NCBI GenBank assembly: GCA_964016885.1
Contig: OZ024740.1
Location: 100,068,001-100,132,000 of the forward strand
Origin: Eledone cirrhosa
Taxonomy: Eukaryota
DNA length: 64,000 bases
Reading direction: 5' to 3'
A program made the translations under genes and the position numbers. Positions within the stretch are counted from its first letter, which is position 1. Each line of letters begins with the position of its first letter. The notes under the pieces are model-generated. The model was not told where the DNA came from. It did no database searches and saw nothing but the letters and a program-made list of their open reading frames with translations. Positions 40,170-52,278 of the stretch are shown here, in pieces.

Positions 40170-40661
40170 TGTAGCAAAATCTGTCCACGCCTTGAACCTT
40201 GGGTGACACTTAAATATCAAAGTCTAGATCACCACCCGTTCGGTGCGGACAGGTTCATACAAGGGCGATCCCTCAAGGTGGGAGACAGAAAGCGACAGGT
40301 ATATAAAGCCTACATTTTCCCACCTTACATACAGAGAGATCGGAGCATTACGCTAGCAACAAAATATGTAAAGATCACCGCTATCTACAAGCCACAGTAG
40401 TCTATAGTCAAATACAGACCATTACTCTATCTCTCCTGGTTGCAGACTACACCAGCCTCCCTCATGAACCAACAACAAAATAACATTGTCAACCTTCGCA
40501 ACTCGTGGTAACTTGTTTATTGTTCTTTTTGACTGAAGTGAAGTAAACATTTATATATAAAGTAAATCAGCTATTCTTGTTATTTCATCTAACAACCATG
40601 TTAATCCATCTAACAATTTCTTACCAATACCCTTCGTTCAATTGGTGACCCCGACATGATT
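40170..40661 (+). mobile_element. Gypsy-type 5' LTR (40170-40640) with tRNA-Trp primer binding site (40643-40661)
   Basis: TG...CA boundaries and a TATATAAA box. TGGTGACCCCGACATGATT matches the complement of the tRNA-Trp 3' end (TGGTGACCCCGACGTGATT) at 18/19. No 3' LTR or intact gag seen. Confidence 0.8.
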
Positions 40662-41996
40662 AAAAAAAATACGAAGGTGTATTTAAAAAAAAACAAAAAA
40701 CATCATGCAACCTTTTTTCAACATGGCCAACATCAACAACTTTCTCAGCAATATATAATTACCAAGCTTCTCATCTATATGGCACGATATGATAAAACTT
40801 CACTTTTTCAAATTATTCACCAAACTTCCATTCTACGTAATATTTACAGTGACTCCTCTTTTATGTTTCGATTCATTACCAAACACTTTACCACGTGCTT
40901 CGTAATCTCCAACAACAACAACAGACAATACTACTAGCTTCCTACCAAGAAAACGATCACATAAAGAAGAGAAAACTGAACCTTTTGTAAAGAACAATTA
41001 TATAAATATTTAAAAAAATGTTATTACAGGTTATATATGAACGTTCATTTTTATTTTTTTATTTTTTTTTACTGTATTATATGCTTGTATGAACATACAC
41101 GTTTTGCATCAAACACACATCATTTTCTTTGTCACACACCAACATGTTTTTGTCTATGGTATATTCTGGATTCGGTTGGGTTTCTGCGAGATCACTTTTC
41201 AACGGGTCGAGGTTCGGCAACAGCTATTAAACACATGAGAAACAACCCACGAGTACTACTAGCCTGGACTCACTCAGGCACACAACTCAAAATTGCACAC
41301 ACTCATGTCATAGCATAAACCTCGACTCACCGGAAAAGCATCTTACATATGATAATACATCGAGAGAAATAGTCCTCTGTGTTGTCATATCATAATCTGA
41401 CACCGCAACCCCGAACGTTCAGCCATTCATCCATACACAACAGTTCGAAATATATGATCACAACTTTGTATATTTACAGTTTCTTCTAAATGTTACACAC
41501 ACACATGCATACAGAGTTATACAATATTTTTTTCTCTCTCCAAATTTCTCTACACTCGCATTTTTTGTGTTTTGGGGACACGCTTCTGGAATCAGATTTC
41601 GCTAGCCCTACCCTCCGTTAAATATATACATATATAAATAAATGACTAAATGAACTTGGATGTAATAAAATATTATGATAAAATACCACAAGAATTAAAT
41701 ATAATCTACATACAAACATTTACAACAGATCAATCTCATTTATACCAACTAAGTTTGGTTTGAGCAGAATAACAACCTGAAAATAATGAAACATTTATAC
41801 AAACATTATAAAAAATAGATTTCTCATTCAAATCCTCAGTGTACGTTATGAGAATTTCTCATAGAAATGTTGACTACAGTGTTCACATACAAATGATATT
41901 GGTAGTAAATTAACCTAATTTTAAGACATTTAATTAAATTATGTTACAATCTATTGTCTTTTCAATATAGAAAGAATGTTTTCTGATTTTCCAGAA

Positions 41997-42180
41997 AATA
42001 ATTGTTTCTACGTTAGGCACAAGGCCAGCAATTACCCAGTGCATTACTGGTACTTTATTTTATCGACCCCGTAAGGATGAAAGGCAAAGTCAACCTCGGC
42101 GGGATTTGAACTCAGATCGTAAAGGGACGTAACTATGCTGGAAAGCATGGCGTCCGACCCTCTACCGATACTGCCAATCC
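41997..42180 (-). mobile_element. Nin/Deu-core SINE
   Basis: Near-consensus copy of the family. Confidence 0.9.
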
Positions 42181-44323
42181 TCATGTTATCACATTTGTGA
42201 CACAGTGTTCAGGTGTACCACAGCTACTGATTGGTGATGCTTAGTGATAAAAGTCTAATGCACGCTATTTAGATAGTAGTTTCTTCCTTGTTGGTGGATA
42301 TAGGTTTAATATGAGATGTTTCTTTTGTATAAGACCATCACTTTTCTTCCTCTTTCTCACTCTCTCTGCATCTTTTTCTCACTTCTTACATATACACCCA
42401 CACATACATACATACAGATATATAGATATGTAGATTGATAGATATATATTACACTATGGTATCATTTAGGTAAATTTGTTTCTCTAAAACAAATGATCAG
42501 AGAGTCAAATCAAATGATGATGACTTCTCTAATGACAGAGTCACAATATGTGCACCCAATACACTCTGTATTGGTGGTTGGTGAAATAAAAGGCACTCCA
42601 TTCCAAAAGTGAAGAGAGAACTCTTAATTTTGGCAAGGGTGTATTTTGAGAACATTTTGGTGTTGGTGAATGCCATGAAAATGTACCTTATAGACATTGT
42701 TATGTGGTTGGTGATAGGAATAGTATCCAAGCATAGGTTTAGGAAAACCTTTCAGCTGCATCAAAGACATGACAACTTCCCTAGTGCTGGTGATTTAGAT
42801 GATAAACATACCCAATACATGCAGTAAAATGGTTAGTGATCAATGGGCATTCAGCAAAAGAAAACCTCACAAACTCTTCAGCTATGCCAAAGATGTGACA
42901 GCTTTCCTAGTGCTGGCACCACAATTAAAATCACTTAGTAGAGCACCAGACCATATGTCTGACCCCTGGAGGTCTGAAGCTCTGCGTGAATACTGTAAAT
43001 GGATGTTAAACAATGATGATGATGATGATGAAGACGACGACAATGACGACAATGATGACACACACACAAACATAAATGTTTAGAAATAAAATGAATGTTT
43101 CTGATCTCCCTGTTCTATTAGAAATACATAATAAACAGTGTTGTATTATCACCTACAAAACTTTAATGACATTCTCTGTTGTCTCACCCACATAATGTTG
43201 AGAAACTTTAATGAAGTAATACAAATAATTCAAACAATAGAATAAATGTTATTGAATGACATTACCTTATGAGTGTTTGAGTGCTGTAGGACATGTCTGT
43301 ATTAATATTGGGATTCTAAAGAGCAGTCAATGGCAGAATCTGCAGAGTGCAGGGAAAACAGCCAGTGTTTGGTTATATACATAATCGACTAAGCCTTCTC
43401 TAGAAATATGTTTCCTTGTAGCAATGTTAGAAATCATTATCACTATTATTATTGGTAAATCATTATCACTATCATTATTGTTATTGTTATAATAATAATA
43501 ATTGTTGTTGTTGTTGTTGTTGTTGTTATTATCATTATTATTATTATTATTTAGAAAACTCTGATGAAAAAATAACTGTGTTCACATTTGACTGCTATAA
43601 ATATTAGCTTAGAAAATCATGTAAAATACCTCTGCTGATGGGAAAAATTGACCAACCGCTACTAAGGGGCTCTACCAGTTTGTGACAAGCTCTAAGAGCA
43701 TGGAAGTGCCAGATACAACAAAATGTTAGAAATACCAGATTGAAAACTGGTGCAGCTTAACTTTCTTTTGATGAAGGCAAATGAAACTAATCTAAGCCTT
43801 AGTTGACAATTCATCTAGTCACAATAAAATATTATTTCAAAAGATTGGAAAGCCAAACAATGCATATAAAAATTAAACATAGTATTTTATTCATAAATTT
43901 TTCTGTTTAAAAGTCTCTCATCAATGAATATAAGATCTGTCTTGTTTTTCCACACCAGGAAATATTTAGCATTGGTCAGTGGTCAAAGTTTGAAAATGCA
44001 TAATCTTTATTTGATGTCATCCCAAGGAGAGGAAAAGAAAATATATCCTAACTTCTATAAACTATTCCTTTGTCTACTGACAGATTTTAGGTTGATTTTA
44101 ACTGAAGCTTATGCTTTTCCAAACTTCAACAGTTAACCAATGCTAAAATATTTTGAGCATAAAAAAATAAGACAGATTTCATATTCACTGATGAGAGTGT
44201 TTTAGACTGAAAAATGTATGAATAAAATACATTTAATTTTTATATTCATTGTTTGGCTTTCCAATGATTAGAAATTATCATATTGACATAGTGCTTTCCC
44301 AAAATTCCTCAAAACTCTAGTTT

Positions 44324-44475
44324 GGAAGGATTGGTAGAGTGTCAGACACCATGTTTTGCAGCAAGGAGTTATGGCCCTTTATGTTCTGAGTTCAAAACCT
44401 GCCAAGGTTATCTTTGCCTTTTATCCTTAAAATAAAGTACCAGTAATGCACTGGAGTAATTGTTAGCCTTGTACC
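44324..44475 (+). mobile_element. Nin/Deu-core SINE fused directly to Tx1
   Basis: The SINE ends at GCCTTGTACC and Tx1 ORF1 sequence follows immediately. Confidence 0.8.
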
Positions 44476-47400
44476 GGGAAAGCTCTCCCACTCCCACTAC
44501 CCCCCCCCCCCCCATTATACACATAGACAAAACAATAAACCCACACACAGACACAGAGACACTCACAGCCACAGACCCTTTGTCTTCCAGCAGCGAAGAT
44601 GAAGGAAAACCCAAAACTGCAAAAAAACAGAAAACTCACAAAAAAAAACCCCAACAAAACACAAAAGCATACACAACAAAAAATACAGACACCACTAGCG
44701 CAAACACTTCCCCAATAACATCATCACCAACAGCAACATCGACACCACCTCCACAATCCCCGAAACGCAAACAACCTAAACAAACACAAGTACAAATCAA
44801 CACACAAATACCTGAAATTGCAGACACCACACCTACAACAAACACAGACATACCCGAAACAACATCACCAAAACCATCACCACCACAGTCACCAAAACGA
44901 AAACAAATAAAACCACACCAACAAAATGTTGAAAACTTCGTGCTTGTCAGAAGGGCCAACGATAAACTGATGGCCCTCTTAGCACAAAGCGAGGACATTC
45001 AAACAGAGGGGGAGATTTTTAAAATGAGCACATTTTGCGTGCCAGAAGATTTGCTTCTGGTCCGAATGTCACTCATTTCCTTTAAAGAAATTCGAGAGAG
45101 TTTTCCTCAAGATGTGGGAACCCCGAATGTGAAACCCACATCAAGACTTTTAAAGGGGTTCCCAAAAGAAAACCCACCAACCATGGAGGTCGAACAACCC
45201 AACCTTCACAAGACCCCGGGAGGTAAGTAAACCTTGCCTCTCTCTCTTAGCTTACCAATATGGCCATATTAAGAGTAGGAAGTTTAAACGTTCGCGGCCT
45301 GGGGTCACCCTGGAAGCAGGATCGCCTGCTCAACGACCTCAGGTCGCTGGAAAGGGATGTGATTGCCGTCAGCGAGACCAGAATTTCCAACACACGCGCA
45401 CTAGCCCCCATTTTCGATGACTCTGAGATCTTCGCATCTGTTAGTAGACCGGTAATGGGGGTGGCAGTGCTGTTTAGGAAAGGACTGGATCTCAAGGTAA
45501 GGTCGATCTTCCGGGATCCGGATGGTAAGTTGGTGGTCTTGGAGTTGAGCAGTAGCGAAGGTTGTGCCTTTAGACTGCTGGCCATCTACGCCCCTACAGA
45601 GGCCGGACGACCGGACCTCTTTAGGTGCCTGGAGACCTTTCTGGGTATGTGTCGCCCTTTACTGTTAGTGGGGGACTGGAATGGCATCTTAGACGCACGC
45701 TGGGATTATGTAGGAGTAGCCGATAGGAGCGGGGGGTGCAAAAGCCTCAAGCACCTACTCAGCCAGTTCCAACTGTCTGACAGGTATCGACTAGATTTCC
45801 CCAATGTGCCAATGTGGACATGGACCAACCAAATGGGGGTCATCTAGATCGTATATAGACAGGATCTTCATTAGGAAAATAGATAGAAATAGTGTGGGCT
45901 GCCCACTTTTTAAAATGGTCGCCTACTCAGATCACAAATTTGTGATCTGTACGGTCGACCTAGATAAAACGCGTAGGTTAGGACCGGGTTACTGGAAGCT
46001 GAACATGTCATTTCCGGCACGTAAGGCTTACAGAGACCGAGTCAACAATTTAGTTAAGCAAAAGTTGACAGGGGGGATCATCAACAACAGATGGTGGGGG
46101 GCTCTCAAAAGAGATTAGAGTACTTCGATAGTGTTCAGCAAAGAACTAGCGTTAGAGAAAAATAGAAAGGAGGGGGAGCTGGTAGATAAGTTAGACGAGG
46201 CTATTTGTAGTGGCATTGCAAATGACGTGCTAGCGGCGAGAATGGCATTAGACCATTTCTTCAATGCCAAACACGAAGGTTGCATTGTCAGAGCTAAGGC
46301 GCGTGCGCTGAGAAACGAGGGAATCAAAGCTGTTCGATGAGCCCGCATGGCGGAGGCGCAGCGTGGTAATAAAACCACAATTCGGTCTTTGGCGGACCGA
46401 GACGGACACGAGATAAGTGATTCCAAGTGGATGTGTGAGGCCTTTCGCCAGCACTTTGCTCGGTTGTTCGGGGAGAGTGGCAAGTCAGAGAGAGTAGCGC
46501 ATTTCAGTCCCTACCTTGACGGCTTGCCGCGCATCTCGATGGTCGACGCTGAGCGCTGCGAAAGGCCAATTACTTCAGCCGAAATTCAGGATGCCCTTGT
46601 CGGCTGCATGAGGCGCAAGTCACCCGGTTTGGATGGCCTGCCCTACGAGCTTTACGTAAATATGCCAGACTTGTTCTCCGAACTCCTCGAAGCACTCTAC
46701 TGCAACTGGCAGCAGAATGGGAGTATTCCCAGTTATGTGATCAGGGGAGTGGTGACGCTGATAAGGAAAGACGAGAACCAGAGGGATACATTAGTCAACT
46801 TCAGGCCCATAACTCTGCTCAACACAGAGTTTAAGATTTTGGCCAAGGTGTTAGCAAAGAGATTGGCGCTTGTCGTCGAGGATTTGGTTGGGGGGGCGCA
46901 AACTTGTGCAATCCCAGCCAGTTCCATACACATCAATCTACACCTCATGCGATACATCATAGAGAGGGTTGAGTGTAAACCTGGCTTCGGTGGGGCAATG
47001 ATCAATTTAGATCAATCGAAAGCATTCGATTGGGTCGACCATCGGTATCTGGAGTTTGTCCTCAAAGCAGCTGGCTTCGGCCCTGTCTTTAGAAGTTGGA
47101 TCGCTGCAATGCACAGCAGCACACGCTCAGTGGTCAAGGTTAATGGCCACCTCTCGGAACCATTTTGGCTCTCCCGATCGGTCCGTCAAGGGTGCCCTCT
47201 CACTTCCCTTCCCTTCTGTATGTATTGACTCTCGAGCCTTTACTGCGGAAGCTGGAGCTGTTGCAGGGCATCCCGCTCGAACCGGGACGTGGAAAGGCGG
47301 TGTTGGCTTATGCGTACGACATCACCGTGATGGTGTCGAACACCTCAGAAATCGAGGTGGTCGGCACCTTATTGAAGGAATATGAAAGGTTGACAGGAGC

Positions 47401-48946
47401 CAAACTTAACCCAGAAAAGTTGGTGGGCTTGCAGCTCGGAACCTGGAGAGGCAAGCCCATGCCGTCCAACAGCGTCGTGGGGCGCTGGACGGACGGACCG
47501 GTAAAGTTGCTCGGGGTTTGGTTCGGACCGGACCTCCAGATGGAAAAGAATTAAGATGAGGTAACGAGCAGAGTAGCCAGTCTAACCCAAAAATGGGTTG
47601 GGAGGGAGCTATCACTGAAAGGTCGCGTGGAGGTGGCGAATGCGTACATCACGTCCATCATCTACTACTGCCTGACCGTCGTGCCTTGTCCCCATCCACG
47701 CCTCATCAAGTTGGAACGGCTCCTCTTCAAATTCTTGTGGAGGGGACAAGTTCCGTTGGTGAGGCGGTCCATCTGCTGCCAGCACGCTCTACGCAGAGGG
47801 CTGGGTATGCCGTGGCTAATGATGCACATACATGCGTTGAAGCTGCGACATCTCCAGATATTCTGCCTCAACGGTGAACAGGTGTGGTCGCCGTTTATCA
47901 GACGGGCCTTTCCGCAGCTCATTTCTTTGACTGAGCTGCAGTCCTGGGTCAAGAAGAGACTGAGATTGGGTGACTGGCACCTGGAATGTTGCCAGGCACT
48001 CACTGCCCTCTACCAAGCGGGCAATGCGATCAGTGGAACTTCCACTCTCGAGTTCTATAGAGGATTAGTGGTGGGCAAGTGCGATGATGCACTCGGAGAA
48101 GCTTTGGGCCTCCACAAAGTCGAACTGACCAGTCTGTACCGGAGGACTGTTGAGCCGGGGACGATGGACAATTTCCAGAAATCCCTCGCTTGGCAGTGCT
48201 ACCGGGGAGAATTGTCGGTTCGAAATAAACTCTACAGACACGGAAGTGCTGTCAGACGGACCTGCCCAAGATGCGCACAGAACGACGAAACCGTTCTGCA
48301 CGCACTTGTCCAATGTCCGTGCATTACTGACTTGTGGAGTTATGTCGAACAGCTACTCTCGTATGTGGAACGAATCCGGCTATCGGCCGAGTCCATAGTG
48401 AAGATCGATCCACCGCCTTCGAAGAGCAGGAAATTTTCCTCTGTCTGGTGGCAGTTCCAAAAGAGGTTGTATGGTGGACCAGGTTAAATGGACTGAAGAC
48501 AGACACTTTTCTCTTCGGCCAATCCCTCATCAACTTCTTCAAGTTTCACCTGGAAAGGAAGGTGAGGGTGGAGAGAGAAGTGCTGCCCCCCAGTACATTT
48601 GCTAAAAGGTGGGTGAATGTGGCGAGAATGGCTCGTGTGAATGGGCCTACTCTGACAATGCGCCTATAGGCTAACTAACTTGAGGAGAGGGGTGCTCTCC
48701 CTGGGTGCCCTAGAAGCGCAGGGTGGTTCAGGATTGGTGGGGTACCCGAGTCACCCCAGGGTCGTCCACCCCCTATCAGGGAATTTATTTTGTTATATTT
48801 ATGCATAGTTTATTTTATATTTTTATATTTTCATTGTTAAATTAGTCTTGCCATTGTGCACTTTTACTCGACCTTATTGTAAACTCCCACTGTCCCTGTC
48901 TTTGTATTGTCCCCTACATGTCGGCCCTTGTGGCTAATAAATGAAA
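44476..48946 (+). mobile_element. Tx1-type LINE: ORF1 C-terminal part (to 45230) and complete but frameshifted ORF2 (45260-48669; APE, RT, zinc knuckle)
   Basis: APE motifs GSLNVRGL, AVSET, AIYAP, GDWN, IDRIF, SDH; RT motifs KSPGLDGLP, LDQSKAFD, QGCPL; knuckle CPRC..H..C; 3' UTR ending GCCCTTGTGGCTAATAAATGAAA. Confidence 0.95.
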
Positions 48947-49149
48947 TAATAATAATTATTATTGTTATCTAGGGTGGCGAATTGGCAGCATAGAGTTATG
49001 GCCCTTTATGATCTGAGTTCAAAACCTGCCAAGGTTAACTTTGCCTTTCATCCTTAAGAGGTCGATAAAATAAAGTACCAGTAATGCACTGGCGTAATTG
49101 CTGACCTTGTGCCAAAAGTAGAAACATTATTATTTTATATTGTTATCTT

Positions 49150-49300
49150 CCTTTTTTTTTTTAATAATGTTAAAATTTCTTTACATGCAAAACCCACAAA
49201 CCAACAAACACACAGACATACACAGAATCTATGTTTTCGTCCTGTGTTGTCATAATGTTTTTCTTGATGTAAACCCTTTGTGGTTCATAAAGAAATCATT
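49150..49300 (+). mobile_element. Tx1 3' UTR stub
   Basis: Homologous to about 22990-23113; ends AAACCCTTTGTGGTTCATAAAGAAATCATTATT. Confidence 0.75.
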
Positions 49301-49844
49301 ATTATTATTATCATTATTGTCACAACTCTTTTAGAGCATGGAGTTACGGCCCTTTACAATTTGAGTTCAAATCCCACCGAGGTTAGCTTTGACTTTCATC
49401 CTAACAGGGTTAATAAAATAAAGCACCAGTAAGTACTGGTTTCGATTTAAACGACTTTCCCCTCCTATTCAAATTGCTGACTTTGTGCCTAAAGTAGAAA
49501 CAATTATTGTCATTATATTTTCCTTTGATTTTGCTGTATGTGCAATGACTACCAAGTCTCAACCTGATACTTTGGGCAGGCAGCTTTTCTTTTTTGTTCC
49601 ATCCTCACATTCACTTCACAAGTCACATCACAAAAGTTGTTAGGTAAATAAGTTTAAATGAAAAGAGAAAATATAAAAAGATAGGTGTAGGAGGAGATAA
49701 AGAGAAGCATCAAGGAGTTCAAAATATATGAATTAATCTTATGTTAAAGATATTTGAATGATATTAAATATTAATTAATTTTGCTCTAAAAATTAAGCAG
49801 AAAAGATTGTGTTGACATATAATTACAAAGACACAAATTTAAGA

Positions 49845-50125
49845 AGTATGTTAGAATTATCTTTTGGATTTCATAAATGTTAGGTTTACCAGCTATGTGT
49901 TCTAGAAACTTTTGAACACCTTTCTTTATGACACCTAGAGCTTCTATTACTACAGGAATAATTTGTGTTTTAAGGTTCCACATTCTGTTTATCTCATATT
50001 TTAAATCTTTATATTTAGCAATTTCTCATAATCCTTTGCTGACACATTTCTATCAGTCAGTTCAGTCAAATCAATGAGTAAGCAAGTATTGCTTTTTAAA
50101 TCTTTAATAATAATATCAAGGTTGT
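49845..50125 (-). mobile_element. Dong/R4 RLE fragment
   Basis: LDIIIKDLKSNTCLLIDL..NVSAKDYEKL and MWNLKTQIIPVVIEALGVIKKG, next to (TAA)n. Confidence 0.8.
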
Positions 50126-50127
50126 TT

Positions 50128-50180
<53 letters not shown>

Positions 50181-50869
50181 AGGGTGGTGGATTGGCAATA
50201 TCAGTAGAGGGTCAGACGCCATGCTTTACAGCAAGAGTTACGGCCCTTTATGGTCTGAGTTCAAGTCCCGCCGAGGTTAACTTTGCCTCTCATCCTTATG
50301 GGGTCGATAAAATAAAGTACGATTTAATCAACTTTCCCCTCCCCCCAAATTACTGGCCTTGTGCCTATATAAGAAACCATTATTATTACTATTATTATTA
50401 TTATTATTATTATTATATAAGGGCGGTGGATTGGCAGTATAAGTAGAAGGTCGGATGTCATGCGTTCAAATACCGCCAAAGTTAATTTTGTCTTTCATGC
50501 TTACTGTGTCGATAAAATAAGTACCAGTAATGATTTAATGCTGATTTAATTGACTTTGCCCTCCCCAAAAATTGATGGCCTTGTGCCTATAGTAGAAATC
50601 ATTATCATTATTATTATTGGAGAGTCGGACGCCATGCTTTGCAGCATAGAGTTACGTCCCTTTGCAGTTTGAGTTCAAATCCTGCCGAGGTTATCTTTGC
50701 CTTTCATCCTTACGGGACTGACAAAATAAACTACCTGTAATACACTGGGATAATTGCTGGCCTTGTGCCAACAATAGAAACAATTATTATTGATGTTTTG
50801 TTGTTGTTGTTGTAGTTATTAGTTTTATTTTCATTGCAATCTCTCTGTGTATTACAAAGTTGATTTTGG

Positions 50870-51125
50870 AAATGTTGCTTCAATGGTATGGGCAATGCCT
50901 AGTTGTGCTAGATTCTATAAGTTGTTTATATTTATAAGTCTTGAGATTTTGGTCATGTATTTGTCAGCATGTAAATTCCTTTTATCATTCAAAGAGCACC
51001 TTTTATTATGGAGATTGTTTCCGTATTCATCATCCACATTCAGGTTATTTTCTATCTCCATATCTTTATATTTGGATAATTTCTGCATTTCTTTGATAGA
51101 TATATTGTCGTTGTGTGGAGAGTGA
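50870..51125 (-). mobile_element. Dong/R4 RLE fragment (older)
   Basis: DNISIKEMQKLSKYKDMEIE. Confidence 0.6.
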
Positions 51126-51149
51126 TACAATGAATAGCAGGAATGGAGA

Positions 51150-51705
51150 GGAGGATAGTTATCAAGCAGTTTTGCTAATGTCAATGTCCTTTTTCAATGA
51201 ACTCATCCAGCTACCTAGATATAGAAAATCATCAACTCAATTTAGTATTCAAACATCCAGTGTGACAAGATTTCCATCTTCTTGCTTCAGTGACATATAC
51301 TCTGTCTGGGTAACATTTATATGTAGACCAATTTTCCTGACAGAGAATTCGACTTTATGAAGAAGGTTTTGAGCTTGATCAATGGTATGGATAGAAGAGC
51401 TGTGTCATCTGCAAAATCTGTATCATATATAACAGTTGGTGGGTTTCACTTACTTTTTTATTTTGTCAATGTAAAGCCGAGATCTTGTTCATTAATAATG
51501 GCTTCCCTTATGGCATAGTCCAGAGCAATTATGAAACGATATCGTGCCAATGTGTCACCTTGAAGGACATCCGCTAAGATTTAAAAAACTTGGTATCACC
51601 ATCAGGAGAGAAAACATGAGCTTCCGTGTTCATGTAGAATTTATAGCAGAAACTATGATATCAGATATGACATGCAACTAGGATTTGCATAAGCAATTCC
51701 ATGTT
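51150..51705 (-). mobile_element. RTE-X/RTE RT fragment
   Basis: VFSPDGDTKFF, VLQGDTLA..FIIALDYAIR, DTDFADDTALLS, VDDFLYLGSW. Confidence 0.8.
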
Positions 51706-52278
51706 ACTGTTCTATAAAGGACTAGAGGTGGGCATGTGTTGCAACATTCTCAGGGAAACTCTAGGCTTTGGCCTGAGGGAAATAACTAGACTGTTCTAGA
51801 GAATTTTCAGTCCAGGGACTTTAAATCATTTCCAAAGTGTCCGTGCTTGGCAGTATTGCCAGGGTCAATGAAGATTAAGACAACATTTCTGGAGAACTTT
51901 CAGTCCAGGGACTTTAAATCATTTCCAAAATGTCCTTGCTTGGCAGTATTGCCAGGGTCAATGAAGGTTAAGACAAAATTTACAAGTACAGAAGTGTTGT
52001 CAGATTGACTTGTCCCAGATGTGTGCAAAGCAATGAAACCATTCTACTCACATTTGTCCAGTGTCCATGTATTGCTAATTTGTGGAGTTTTACTAAGCAG
52101 CTGTTGTCACATGTAGAACAGATTTGGTTGCCTAACTCCATCATGAAGATCACCCCAAAAATTTGTTTTGGTTTGGAATGGCAGGCACATTTCTTCTGTT
52201 TGATGACTACGCAAAAAATGGTTGTGAAGTGGACAAGACTGAAAGGAATAAAAACAGATACACACCTCTTCAGTTAAA
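51706..52278 (+). mobile_element. Old Tx1 C-terminal fragment with an internal ~93-bp tandem duplication
   Basis: TCPRCVQSNETILLTFVQCPCIANLW and WTRLKGIKTDT; duplicated unit at 51794-51886 and 51887-51976. Confidence 0.8.

Larger units (their letters stand above)
48971..50790 (+). mobile_element. Tandem array of five SINE copies (about 48971-49133, 49333-49510, 50181-50380, 50421-50600, 50619-50790)
   Basis: All on +, mostly separated by TTA runs, and interspersed with a Tx1 3' stub and a Dong stub. Confidence 0.88.
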
